A program made the position numbers and the translations under genes. The notes below the pieces were generated by a model. The model saw only the letters and a program-made list of their open reading frames with translations. It had not been told where the DNA came from and made no database searches. Shown piece by piece: positions 51,001 through 60,379 of a stretch of DNA of 64,000 bases. How positions within the stretch are numbered: the stretch's first letter is position 1; each line of letters begins with the position of its first letter. Location of the stretch: IMG/VR virus record IMGVR_UViG_3300035208_002804, positions 1 to 64,000 of that record; one strand, written 5' to 3'. This DNA comes from a virus (lineage: Duplodnaviria; Caudoviricetes).

Positions 51001-51251
51001 ATTATACAAATGGAACCCATTGCCCTGTGGATGCTGACATAGCATTAAGTGATAAAATTAAGATAGAGCAGGCATTTTTCCCAATTCTAGATGGTGGTAA
51101 CATTTGTCATATATTTTTGGGTGAAGCGGCACCAGATCCAAGGGGTCTTATGGATATGACTTTAAAAATTTGTAAATCTACTAATCTTGGATATTTTGCA
51201 TTCACAAAAGATTTCACAATTTGTAATAATGGATATAGATATTATGACTGA
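48000..51251 (+). CDS. nrdD: class III anaerobic ribonucleotide reductase, large subunit (intein-containing, lacks glycyl domain)
   Basis: ATP cone VRKEDGSIESFD; HIHDL; RGGQ|TVFSS; YQCC; TINFPR; TPAET; YYTNGTH; GGNICH. Confidence 0.9.
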   Translation: MSNVRVRKEDGSIESFDKNKIIESIRKETGCVGKIIEEIVDEVYTTLKVIRLDPVTGPLIREFINTKFLEHGMDDCRRKYTRVGMPVYDARKTDLGYGKGDNANLNSMCPETGHKRKADQLSKEQYLLSFPNYISEAHLNGDVHIHDLEYFGNRIFCQDHDMRYFFKHGFIGDGTGHQTSIAGPAMRPEVAILHAVKVLGSAQTNCMGGQGLMAFLTFLSPYFKNEPYKVYTQCMQELCYELTQMLVARGGQSTRFDEVLVIKDDNNISLIKIGEFCHKYLSEDGTYIFDGDEKKYEILSLNRKTGTLEWKKINGVYVHKSESQLKETTLSDGRSVVTTSDHSLFTLDDNCNIVEITPSERPNTILTVKNIPFAGKPFDKDLMFLIGACIGDGNLYANNGIYDSAININVSSVDVYKRIQSIVKSYGVSDCVFKPVNGSCNLYHSQFQTTGIPYITEIGYRAPNKKIPDVLLSGDDESLYELLNGLISTDGDVSRRRYEYNTTSKKLAIQIEFILRRLGLDYSISSSMKSSNFKRNYPVYVIRISASCSSNIKITNLSRHIESLNGPNQQKHDFRTIKPLLKQYLGRGFYRFGHSELLANNRKLKREHIEDLQESIPDIWNKVKNILPMEVKLINSYPDEEFVYDIGVDDNENFVLHNGIICHNTVFSSVQLTPGVPDIWKNVPAVYKGKLHDGEESILDVYGNYEKEVRLLFKAIMEVMIEGDYAGKPFYFPKPEITLEESFIQNLDNEVNDAPTYRDLYIKAFELASKFGTPYFDNLLPSWRKTGGIECYQCCAYRFTSDSDSDDFNDKLNFVNGNHFSMGAMQVMTINFPRLAYIACSENNGINIDLYFENLCKKQIDLCCDVFLLKSKMVGETKASFLQQVHGGKILVDFKDLVYTIGVIGMNEVCEILYGANIYVDNEVTKKAMKFVMKMKDYCAEKSNELGITIAFARTPAETTAQRFAVLDLLNYGDAHKFVKGDVKEAIKKYAETGSRDLPIYYTNGTHCPVDADIALSDKIKIEQAFFPILDGGNICHIFLGEAAPDPRGLMDMTLKICKSTNLGYFAFTKDFTICNNGYRYYD
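48756..49991 (+). mobile_element. intein with LAGLIDADG homing endonuclease in NrdD (412 aa)
   Basis: Starts STRFDE; TTSDHS; LIGACIGDG and LLNGLISTDG; VYDIGV..ICHN before +1 Thr. Confidence 0.9.
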
Positions 51252-51477
51252 TATTTTAGAAGAAATAAATGACATTAAAAAATATGCATTGAATGAAGAC
51301 GGTGCAAGGATTCTTCGCATTACTAAAGCACTTGAACGAAATCATAAAAAATTTGGAGCAGCGTATTGCCCATGTAAAGTTGATAAAATCCCAGAAAACA
51401 TTTGCCCGTGTTATGATTTTACTGACACTGGAATCTGTAAATGTGGCCTTTATCAAAATGTAGTTAAAGAAGAATAA
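51244..51477 (+). CDS. ferredoxin-thioredoxin/disulfide reductase catalytic subunit-like
   Basis: CPC..CPC..CKCGLY; ATG overlaps the nrdD stop. Confidence 0.85.
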   Translation: MTDILEEINDIKKYALNEDGARILRITKALERNHKKFGAAYCPCKVDKIPENICPCYDFTDTGICKCGLYQNVVKEE

Positions 51478-51482
51478 TCATT

Positions 51483-51806
51483 ATGCTTTCTTTTCTTTTT
51501 GGTATTTGGAGTTATCATTTATTACATCAATTCATCAATATACAGTATTTTTCTTTTCTTTATAACGTTGAAACTTATTTGGCAATTGTATCTCTGATTG
51601 GAATGGCATTTACATCACGACACGAAACACGCATTCTTGGATTTTTAGTTTGTAGCGTTGGAAATATTCTATGGTTATATTGGATTCTAAATGGAAATTC
51701 AGGTAGTTTACTTCTATTTGGTGGTTACTTACTATTCAATTTAATTGGCGTTCATGATGAATCAATTTCATGGATGAAGATCAGAGAATTTAATAAGAAG
51801 AGATGA
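51483..51806 (+). CDS. small multi-TM protein
   Basis: GF..SVGNILW; paralog of 51891. Confidence 0.55.
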   Translation: MLSFLFGIWSYHLLHQFINIQYFSFLYNVETYLAIVSLIGMAFTSRHETRILGFLVCSVGNILWLYWILNGNSGSLLLFGGYLLFNLIGVHDESISWMKIREFNKKR

Positions 51807-51890
51807 ATGGAACGTATATAATAATATTTATTATCCTTCCCATCCTATCGTTTCGATAGATTTATCTTCTTTCCAATCCATTATATATTA

Positions 51891-52145
51891 ATGGAACATC
51901 AAATAAGATACTTTCTTAAAGAAAAACTTTCTGACATTACTACTTATGCAACAATTTTGTCTGTTATAGGTGCAATTTATGTTTGTAGCCCGGATCAATT
52001 TACTCGTTTTTGCGGATTTGGAATTTGGGTAGGTTCGAACATAATTTGGACTGGTTATTTCCTACAGACGAAGCAGTATAATCCAATGGTTCTGTTTATC
52101 ATTTACTTGATAACGAGTGTATGTGGAGTTCTCAATAATGTGTGA
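51891..52145 (+). CDS. small 3-TM protein (PnuC-like half?)
   Basis: GFGIWVGSNIIW. Confidence 0.55.
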   Translation: MEHQIRYFLKEKLSDITTYATILSVIGAIYVCSPDQFTRFCGFGIWVGSNIIWTGYFLQTKQYNPMVLFIIYLITSVCGVLNNV

Positions 52146-52467
52146 AAAAGTTAAAATTATTAAATTCATAGATTTTATTGATGATGAGAGACTATTTGAT
52201 GATGAAAATGGAATAATTTGGAAATTAATTAGACCACTTGTTGTTGATGATTTTACAATTGTATTTGATTTTATCGGAATTGTATCAGTATCTCCGCGTT
52301 TTTTAAGCCAGGTTGTTACAAAACCACTAATTATTTTATCGGTTGAAGAATATTGTAAAAATATAAGATTTAAAAGAATACAAAATGAATTGACGGAACG
52401 ATTGCTTATTAATTCTATTAATAACAATATACAGAAATATTCATCACCAAGGCTCATGCTGAAATGA
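52138..52467 (+). CDS. STAS-like (DUF4325-like) protein
   Basis: IVFDFIGIVSVSPRFL. Confidence 0.45.
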   Translation: MCEKVKIIKFIDFIDDERLFDDENGIIWKLIRPLVVDDFTIVFDFIGIVSVSPRFLSQVVTKPLIILSVEEYCKNIRFKRIQNELTERLLINSINNNIQKYSSPRLMLK

Positions 52468-52841
52468 CGATACCAACTTCTTTTCACGTTAATACGGCGG
52501 TTAAAGCGGCCAGCGATAGTGTTCTCTATAGATTTAAACATGGGGCTGTTTTGTATGATAAATCGGGTAAGATTATTTCAACGGGTAGAAATATTTCTCA
52601 TTACAGGCCCGGATTGAAAAAGTATGGTTATAAAAGTCTTTTTCTTCATGCTGAATCTGATGCCATACTAAAGACGAACATCGAATGTCTCAAAGGAGCA
52701 AATTTACTTGTAGTGAGAGTTGGAAAACACAAACTATGCAATTCTAAACCATGTAAACATTGTCTTGGATTAATTCTTCAAACCGGAATCAAACATGTTT
52801 ACTATAGTGATGTTAGCGGAGAAATCGAAAAGTTATTTTAA
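52464..52841 (+). CDS. zinc-dependent cytidine/dCMP deaminase-like protein
   Basis: HGAVL..GRN..HAE..KPCKHC. Confidence 0.85.
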   Translation: MTIPTSFHVNTAVKAASDSVLYRFKHGAVLYDKSGKIISTGRNISHYRPGLKKYGYKSLFLHAESDAILKTNIECLKGANLLVVRVGKHKLCNSKPCKHCLGLILQTGIKHVYYSDVSGEIEKLF

Positions 52842-52851
52842 GGGAGTTATC

Positions 52852-53121
52852 ATGCCAAAATATAGACTAACTACTAAAGATATTAAAGAAATATTTTTTG
52901 AGGATGGTATTCTACAAGCGCAATTAGAAGATAATGCTAAACTCAATGTTATTAAAATTCAAGGTATTAATAAACGTAAAGAATTATACTCAAGTTTCAA
53001 TATTATTGAACTTGCTATTGATATGAGAGAAGAACATTTTAAAACCCGTGAAATGTATTATTATTGTTTGTATAGAATTTTAAAATTAAAAGAGCAATTG
53101 TATTTCAAACAGAAAAATTAA
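52852..53121 (+). CDS. hypothetical protein
   Basis: GGGAG SD upstream. Confidence 0.55.
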   Translation: MPKYRLTTKDIKEIFFEDGILQAQLEDNAKLNVIKIQGINKRKELYSSFNIIELAIDMREEHFKTREMYYYCLYRILKLKEQLYFKQKN

Positions 53122-53338
53122 AACCTGTTCTAAAAGAGAGAGAGAAAGGAAAGATTATGTCAAAGGATGTAAAAAGAACTGTATATGATTTAAGTTGTAT
53201 TGTGAAAGATATGTGTGACGATTCATATGATGTCGTATTTGATATTGATCTTATTGGTAATAACAATTATAAAAGAGTTAAACTACAAGATATAATGATA
53301 TCGCATGTAAATAAAGAACTACAATTTAAATTATCACC

Positions 53339-53551
53339 GTGATTAAAATGCAATTACAACTTGAAAAATTGAAATGTCCATATTGTGGAAGTGATGATGT
53401 TAGTGAAGATTGTCATGAGGAAATGTGGTGTCGTTCACAATATTTACCACCACGAATCTATTGGATATGGGAATGTTATGATTGTGATAAGAAATTTCAC
53501 ATGATCATTCACATTGAAAATTACGACATTGAAAAGATTGAGGAATACTAA
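53339..53551 (+). CDS. zinc-ribbon small protein
   Basis: CPYCGS..CYDC. Confidence 0.55.
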   Translation: MIKMQLQLEKLKCPYCGSDDVSEDCHEEMWCRSQYLPPRIYWIWECYDCDKKFHMIIHIENYDIEKIEEY

Positions 53552-53752
53552 TCAGTGATTTTAAGCAGGAGTAATTATGAAAGTAAATGAATTAAGAGAA
53601 TTTATAGATGAATTAGATGATTCGTTTAAAGAAGATTGCGATGTGTTATTTATTGAAGATGTTGATGAAGAAAATGAAAATTTCTATAACCACAAACTTA
53701 AAGATATAAAAGTAAGTTTAATGAACAAAACATTTACATTTGAGTTATAATT

Positions 53753-54142
53753 ATGGATGAAATTAAATTAGCAAGATTTTTTAGTATGGTAGGTAATAAT
53801 TTTGAATTTGGTAATTGGGCAGTTGATCTTAAATTTATTGATGCAGACGAAATGAAGCAAATTACTGGAAATGCTACTGATTTTGCAGTAACTTGTTATA
53901 AAGATAATGTTGAAAAAGCATGTGTTTTTATGAATACTGAAGCAAAATATTGTGACTGGGATAAACCAGAATATACGCTAATTCATGAACTGATCCATGT
54001 TATGTTTCATACAGTTGACGAACATATACGTGATAACATTAAGAAACAGAAATTATACACAATATTAGAAGAACGATTTTTAAACAATATGTCTTATACT
54101 ATGTATAACTTACTCGAAGAAAATAAAGATGGATTTACATAA
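53753..54142 (+). CDS. HExxH metallopeptidase-like protein
   Basis: TLIHELIH..EE. Confidence 0.65.
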   Translation: MDEIKLARFFSMVGNNFEFGNWAVDLKFIDADEMKQITGNATDFAVTCYKDNVEKACVFMNTEAKYCDWDKPEYTLIHELIHVMFHTVDEHIRDNIKKQKLYTILEERFLNNMSYTMYNLLEENKDGFT

Positions 54143-54576
54143 TTATGAAAGAACTCATTCCTACTCACATCAATTATATTTCAGAAGTAATGAGTGAATT
54201 TGATTGTAGGGTTTTGACAATGATGAAATTTAGAAGGAGGGTTAAGAAATTACAAGAAGTTACTAATGATTTGGATGATTTTAAAGAGATCGATGAATTC
54301 ATATTATCTAAAAGATTCGCATTCGATCTTTAGTTGTGATGTAAGAACCTCTTTATTTAAATACTTGTAAACAAATAGTTATCGATTGTAAGGTGGAACC
54401 ACATGTATAAATACGATGAAGCCTACAAAATCGTGATTGAGAACGCATATAAAAATCTTAATCGGATCGCTGATGCAAATGATACTTCTTTTGAATATGT
54501 CATTCGGGATCTTTACAATTATCATTTCAATGATGCATGGCGATAATTTAGAATCGTTGAAATAAAGGAACTAAAC

Positions 54577-54945
54577 ATGTGTGATTTAACATTTATTATG
54601 GAAATTTTCAAGATGGCTTTAGAACCAGAATATGGTGAAAAACTTGATAAAATTGTCAGCCATTTTGGAATAGATAATCAGGTTCATAAACTTGCTGAAG
54701 AAACCGGTGAACTTACGGGCGCAATTGTTCGTTATAACGGCGGTTTTTTAGCAACCAATAACAAGATACAGAACGAGATGGGTGATGTCCTATTCATATT
54801 GCTTCAACTTATGCGACATTACAAAGTAGATGCTGGTGAACTACTTGAATTCATTAAATCAAAACCCGATGAAGTAATCGAAAAATATTACATTGATGGG
54901 TGTATGGAAGGTGATATCATGTTCGGTGAAGAATATGAAAACTAA
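54577..54945 (+). CDS. MazG-like nucleotide pyrophosphohydrolase
   Basis: KLAEETGEL..NEMGDVL. Confidence 0.8.
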   Translation: MCDLTFIMEIFKMALEPEYGEKLDKIVSHFGIDNQVHKLAEETGELTGAIVRYNGGFLATNNKIQNEMGDVLFILLQLMRHYKVDAGELLEFIKSKPDEVIEKYYIDGCMEGDIMFGEEYEN

Positions 54946-55010
54946 AATGCAGGAAGAATTTGGGGGTTAAAATGAAAGAAACAGATAAAAATTAACAGGA
55001 ATCTTATATT

Positions 55011-55205
55011 ATGAGGAGAATTGCTACAGTTGATTTTGATTCTTGCTATAAATGTCCATTTCATGCTGGTGGAATGATGAGCGCGAGTTATTGCCAATAT
55101 GAAACTCCATCAAAACAAATTTTTGACATGAACGGTGATAATTATCAAATCAATGAAAAGACAAAATTTCCAGACTGGTGCAGATTAGAAGTTGTCCAGC
55201 AGTAA
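55011..55205 (+). CDS. Cys4 small protein
   Basis: CYKCPF..YCQY..FPDWCRL. Confidence 0.6.
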   Translation: MRRIATVDFDSCYKCPFHAGGMMSASYCQYETPSKQIFDMNGDNYQINEKTKFPDWCRLEVVQQ

Positions 55206-55254
55206 TGTATAGCAAAAGAATAACTTTAAATACTGATAACTTTAGGTATTAAAC

Positions 55255-55347
55255 ATGGCTTGTGGAAAAGGTAAACCAACCGAAAAAGTAGAGAAAGGAA
55301 AGAAAGGTAAAGCACCAATGCCCTTTGGAAAGAAACCCAAGAAATAA
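55255..55347 (+). CDS. 30-aa Lys-rich micro-protein
   Basis: MACGKGKPTEKVEKGKKGKAPMPFGKKPKK; TTTAAATA starts 30 nt upstream. Confidence 0.55.
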   Translation: MACGKGKPTEKVEKGKKGKAPMPFGKKPKK

Positions 55348-55469
55348 AGTTAATCAATCAGATCTTTATTTCACCCGTCTTTTCACAATGACTCTTTTTA
55401 TTTAAACTTTCTCTATTTTCTCTCTTCTATCCATAATGTTTTTATACTCTTAAAACTAATAGTATTTAA

Positions 55470-56162
55470 ATGAAGCCACCCGGAACTTTTGCTCCCATTA
55501 TCAAACCAGATAAAATTGTTGATAATGACCCTCATGATTTTCACATTAAGTCTAAAGATAAATTGCGTGAAATGATTGAATTGGATCCAGAATGTAATGG
55601 ATCGTCACTAACAATGTTTCTTCAGTTGGTTTTTAATAAGAAATTCACACGAACAACAGAACCGGACGAAGAACCCGCTCCAAATGAAGAATTTATCATT
55701 AAAATGGTAGATGATTATAATCGAAAAGTTAAAGAATATAAACCAGGAATCATTGAAAAACGCATTATCACTACCGTAGAAGATTTCTTTGTTGCTCTGT
55801 ATAGAGTTGATTCTGCTTATACTGAACGTATTGGTGGAACCATATCTTACATGATTACACAGCATATTTCAAAATGTAAATCTATTGACGGTGATTATAT
55901 TGAAATTTTAAAGGATACTCATGAATGGTGGAAAGAATCTGATTTCAGAGAACGCACATTTGGTTGGATTGATTGGGGGTTCCGCTTTATAATCAAGAAA
56001 TATCAAACAAAAAAATTCTATAAAAAGTCAATCAATCACATGCTTCTATTCATTAACTTAAATCAAAAAAACTGGAAATATTACATCATCTACGATCCTG
56101 AAAACTGGTATCCATTTGGTCGCGGAATGGAATGTAATCTCGTCAACGGCTGTGAATATTAA
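55470..56162 (+). CDS. hypothetical protein
   Basis: 230-aa ORF with leaderless promoter. Confidence 0.7.
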   Translation: MKPPGTFAPIIKPDKIVDNDPHDFHIKSKDKLREMIELDPECNGSSLTMFLQLVFNKKFTRTTEPDEEPAPNEEFIIKMVDDYNRKVKEYKPGIIEKRIITTVEDFFVALYRVDSAYTERIGGTISYMITQHISKCKSIDGDYIEILKDTHEWWKESDFRERTFGWIDWGFRFIIKKYQTKKFYKKSINHMLLFINLNQKNWKYYIIYDPENWYPFGRGMECNLVNGCEY

Positions 56163-56384
56163 AAAGAGAAGAAAGAGGATTATTTAAAATGATACAAATT
56201 CGTGAAGGAAACACTGTTTATTTTGAACCAGATCATTCGATTAATGCATTATACAAATCAATTTACAGAATAATTGGAACGAGTGAAGGTTCTGTTTCTC
56301 CAATGGAAGCAAAAACAATTAAAAATCTCACGCAATCGATTCTCAATTTGGAAGAATCCCGTCAAAACTAAACAGTGGTATATA

Positions 56385-56708
56385 ATGACAGTTAAATATT
56401 TTGAAATGCCGTGTGGGCTTTGTAATTGTGATCCTGATATTCGATGCCAGTTTTGTGATGATGACAATTGTTTAATTGATATTGAAGATCCAGAAGAAGA
56501 ACGTCCCATTGATCTTCGAAGAAAACAAATGGAAGAATTTGAAATAAATGAACAATATCAGGATCTTGATTTAGAAGAACAGGAAGAAATTGTTGCTAAA
56601 ATGTTCCCATGTTATCTTCATGTCACAGGAGATGAATGCATAGATGCTATCCAATTTTATAGAGATATGTTATTCAATTTAAAAGAAAGCACAATGAAGA
56701 GTAATTAA
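56385..56708 (+). CDS. Cys-rich acidic hypothetical protein
   Basis: CGLCNC..CQFC. Confidence 0.55.
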   Translation: MTVKYFEMPCGLCNCDPDIRCQFCDDDNCLIDIEDPEEERPIDLRRKQMEEFEINEQYQDLDLEEQEEIVAKMFPCYLHVTGDECIDAIQFYRDMLFNLKESTMKSN

Positions 56709-56709
56709 A

Positions 56710-57366
56710 ATGACAGTTAAAAGATGTAAAAATTGTAATGCGATGTTTGATACTGATATGTTTGAAGATAACAAAGAAACTGATTTTTGTTGCACTGATT
56801 GCGAAAATGGAGTTCCACGAGAAATCAAAGTTGACCCAATTACACAGTTTCTTGCTGGTGTTCAGTTTAATATGGATATTTTTGTTGAACTTGAGAAAGC
56901 AGCAACCGACCCAGAAGTTTTGGCAAAGTTTTTCCAGACACCCGATGTTCTTGCTCTTCATCACCTAACAGCACAATTTGATATGTATGATCCTAACAAG
57001 ACAGGTCCGGGTGAGATTGATCACAAAGCGATGATAACACTACTAAAGTGGTTCATAATCAGGTATACCAACGATCCGGTATGGTTCTGTTATGTTGGGT
57101 GGTTTATGCGTTCTCTGGCTGTCTATGCTACACCAAATTCATACTATCCAATCCGAACATCACCACGATTCTATCTTGACAACTTTATCGTTCGTGGTCA
57201 GCCAATAAACTTCGCAGAAGAAAACGCTAATGTTAAAAAACCAGAAGAAATATTCAAGCGCAAAAAACAAGATCTCATTGAAAAGAAAGTAGAACAATTA
57301 GCAAAACAAAAATTAGATGAGAAACAAGAAGAGAAAGTAAAAGGGAAAGTAGAAACCTCTAACTAA
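56710..57366 (+). CDS. hypothetical protein with N-terminal zinc finger
   Basis: CKNC..FCCTDC. Confidence 0.7.
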   Translation: MTVKRCKNCNAMFDTDMFEDNKETDFCCTDCENGVPREIKVDPITQFLAGVQFNMDIFVELEKAATDPEVLAKFFQTPDVLALHHLTAQFDMYDPNKTGPGEIDHKAMITLLKWFIIRYTNDPVWFCYVGWFMRSLAVYATPNSYYPIRTSPRFYLDNFIVRGQPINFAEENANVKKPEEIFKRKKQDLIEKKVEQLAKQKLDEKQEEKVKGKVETSN

Positions 57367-57389
57367 ATTATTCAACAGGTATAAAAACA

Positions 57390-57914
57390 ATGGGATTAAG
57401 ACTTTGGATTAGAACTGAACAAACACCAGTTTTTCCACTACGGGTTCAATGGCAATTTTTGAATCAGTCACTTGAAATTGATGATGAAACATGGTGGTTC
57501 ATGCAAGATGAGTGGGAATCAGATTTCACATTGTATAAATGTGCTGGATTGACAAATGCAGATCCTCATGCTACATTACAAAAACTGTATTACAAGAAGC
57601 ATGTTGAACTAATCGAACGGTTAATTGGAGTGACTGGTGATGACATTGATAATTACTTTGTGACTGCATGGGAAAGACCAATACCATTTTGGGATAGTTA
57701 TCGAACACTTGCAATTTCTTATATCGAAGCAAAACGTGACTATCTCAAAGCATTATATGCTGCTGGTATTATCGAAACAAAATCTGCTTTTGATATGGAT
57801 GATAAATTAGATAGTAGTATTCCAGCATGGTATGAATATCGATATACTGGTCCTGCTAAAGTTCTTCCAAGAATCCCCGGCAAAGTTATCCAGTTAAAAG
57901 ATATTGTTGTTTAA
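57390..57914 (+). CDS. hypothetical protein
   Basis: 174-aa ORF with AGGT SD. Confidence 0.7.
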   Translation: MGLRLWIRTEQTPVFPLRVQWQFLNQSLEIDDETWWFMQDEWESDFTLYKCAGLTNADPHATLQKLYYKKHVELIERLIGVTGDDIDNYFVTAWERPIPFWDSYRTLAISYIEAKRDYLKALYAAGIIETKSAFDMDDKLDSSIPAWYEYRYTGPAKVLPRIPGKVIQLKDIVV

Positions 57915-57993
57915 AAAATTCTAAAACCCACGAATTCGATAGAATTAAAATCTTATCCAATACTTTTTTATATCCCCGCATCATAGTATATAA

Positions 57994-58539
57994 ATGATGC
58001 TTAACAGATTTTATAATCGTGGAATGGATGAAGCAATTCTTGCATCAAAATATTCTACTTGTTTATCTACTCATTATGGTAATGCTCTATTAGATCCTTT
58101 AACTGGTTCTGTTGTTGCTGTCGGGCATAATGGAGCACCAAAAGGAAAGGAGCATTGCACTGATATTGGATGGTGTCTAAAAAAAGAACTTGGTTATGAT
58201 CATTTTCAAAATGGAGTAAATAACTGGGGCGGCTTAATCTCTTGTAGATGCTCGCATTCAGACGTTAACGTTATAATTCAAGCCGGTTTACGTGCTAAAG
58301 ACTGTATCATGTTTCTTTATGGTGAGCGTAATGGGACTCCTATTGTTCCACAACCATGTTTCTCTTGTGTTAAATTAATCATTAATGCTGGAATTAAAGA
58401 AGTCATAATTCGACCTAAAACAAAGTTCATTTCAATCGATCCATCTAAACTCTACGATTCGTATGTTGAAGAACTATATGCGCAAATGAAAGATCCTGAA
58501 ATTAAGAAAGTGAAAGGTAAAAAGAATGTTACACAATGA
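57994..58539 (+). CDS. dCMP deaminase-like protein (HSD instead of HAE)
   Basis: STCL..G..GHNGAPKG..HC..C..CSHSD.N..PCFSC..IINAGI. Confidence 0.8.
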   Translation: MMLNRFYNRGMDEAILASKYSTCLSTHYGNALLDPLTGSVVAVGHNGAPKGKEHCTDIGWCLKKELGYDHFQNGVNNWGGLISCRCSHSDVNVIIQAGLRAKDCIMFLYGERNGTPIVPQPCFSCVKLIINAGIKEVIIRPKTKFISIDPSKLYDSYVEELYAQMKDPEIKKVKGKKNVTQ

Positions 58540-58806
58540 AATTATCCCACGATATCTACGTTCATGTAAAGAATGTATACTTTGTATTGATAACGAGGAA
58601 GGGTATCCATATTGTCTTGAAAATTATTTAGTTCATGATGATGTGATTCAAAAATATCTTTACGAAAAACCAATCCAATGTGTTCGAAATTTAAACAGAA
58701 CTGAATATGAAAACATAACCGATAATATTACTATTGGTGAGGATCAGCACCCATAAAATCGAACCACTTTCTTTATATATTGTTTATTAATTATTTAACT
58801 CAATAA

Positions 58807-59202
58807 ATGGATAATAAAGAAAGTGTATATCAATTAATGAAAGATCTTGGTTCTCTTGAACAGCGAATGGAAAGCATGGAAAAGTTTGTTATTGCGTTAA
58901 ATAGCAAAAATTCAAGTGATATTAAAAAAGTCAATACACCAGAAGATGATCGTGAATTTTGTTATCCATTTCCATCCAATCCAGAAGACATTATCGATGC
59001 TACACCAAGTCATCTACGTTCAATCGACACTTCAGAATACAAAGTTTACATTGCCGTTCCTTTTCCAGAAGATGGAACAGATCCATTTCTATTCACTATA
59101 ACAATAACCAGAAAAGAACTTGACACTTACCTAAACCAAACTCCAGGAAAACAAGGAGAATACATCTACAAAATAACTCCAAGTTATGAACAATTTCTCT
59201 GA
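58807..59202 (+). CDS. hypothetical protein
   Basis: ORF after TATA box. Confidence 0.6.
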   Translation: MDNKESVYQLMKDLGSLEQRMESMEKFVIALNSKNSSDIKKVNTPEDDREFCYPFPSNPEDIIDATPSHLRSIDTSEYKVYIAVPFPEDGTDPFLFTITITRKELDTYLNQTPGKQGEYIYKITPSYEQFL

Positions 59203-59255
59203 AAAAGAGAATACTAAAGGAAAAGAATAGTAGAAAATAAATTTAATTGATAAAA

Positions 59256-59591
59256 ATGACAAATAATAAAGTTTACATAGCAGTATTATCACGAATCGAT
59301 TCAATAACCAATAGAATTACATTTTCAACAGTAATCAACGATTTTATTGAGACATTATCACCAGAACTATTACCTGATGAAAAAGAACTTGAAACTGGTA
59401 TTATGCTTAAACCATACCAAATTAATGCCGGATTCTTTCATAATGGTAAATTCATTCATGACAATCGCGCAATAACATTATACTTCAGATGGATAGAATA
59501 TCTGAAAACTAATAACATGTGGATGCCTTGGATGGACAATTGGACCGATGGAACTCTGTATCTCATGTATTCCAATAATGAAACGATGTAA
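59256..59591 (+). CDS. hypothetical protein
   Basis: ORF; start approximate. Confidence 0.5.
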   Translation: MTNNKVYIAVLSRIDSITNRITFSTVINDFIETLSPELLPDEKELETGIMLKPYQINAGFFHNGKFIHDNRAITLYFRWIEYLKTNNMWMPWMDNWTDGTLYLMYSNNETM

Positions 59592-60245
59592 TTGAAGGTA
59601 AAATTGACATTAGAGATAATAATTGATTCAAGGGAAAATGAATTTATTAAGAAGTGGCTACCTAAAGAATTTCCTGATGTAAAATTCGAAGTAAAAACGC
59701 TAATCGAAGGGGATTACCGTTCAGAACACGTAATTTTCGAAAGGAAGCGAATAGATGATTTGTGGTCTTCGATTCATGATGGGCGCTTTAGATCTCAAGT
59801 TTCCCGTATGACAACTCACCAATGTGATAAAGTTGTTGCATATCTTATCGTCGGTTCTATTGACGACTTCATTTACAAGATGAAGAAACTTCACATGAAA
59901 GCCGATGAAAACACTCTACACGGAGCAATAGCATCTCTTTTAGTTAGGGATAACATTAGAGTCATTCATTGCACTAATGAAAAACATGGACTAAAGGAAA
60001 TGGTTCGTGTTATGCAAAAAATAGAAGAAGACAATGAACTTAATATTCCCGCTGTTCGTGATCTGGACATGTTATTTGCTAGATTACTTAATGTTCCTAA
60101 AGATACATGGTTTGGAATTAAAGAACTTCATGGATCATCACTTTCTCATCTCTGTAGTTTATCATCCAAGGATTTCACCAAAGTAAAAGGAATTGGTCCA
60201 AAACGTGCAAAAGACATAGTAAATTTTTTAAAAAATGGATGGTGA
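59592..60245 (+). CDS. ERCC4/XPF-family structure-specific nuclease with HhH
   Basis: IDSRE, GDY, ERKRIDD, DGR..Q, KGIGPKRA. Confidence 0.9.
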   Translation: MKVKLTLEIIIDSRENEFIKKWLPKEFPDVKFEVKTLIEGDYRSEHVIFERKRIDDLWSSIHDGRFRSQVSRMTTHQCDKVVAYLIVGSIDDFIYKMKKLHMKADENTLHGAIASLLVRDNIRVIHCTNEKHGLKEMVRVMQKIEEDNELNIPAVRDLDMLFARLLNVPKDTWFGIKELHGSSLSHLCSLSSKDFTKVKGIGPKRAKDIVNFLKNGW

Positions 60246-60379
60246 AAATATAAGTAGAGGATTTGGAAGAGATATAATAGTTTTATGACACCATTTTATT
60301 TACCCAATCTTTTTCACATTAACTATTGTCTATATTAATCATATACAACATTTTATTTATCCTTCTTTTTCACATTAAG

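Noticed and set aside
51230-51260. Frameshift or read-through restoring the NrdD C-terminus
   Set aside because: The downstream sequence encodes the FTR-like protein and has no RVxGY motif; that domain is upstream at 47496.
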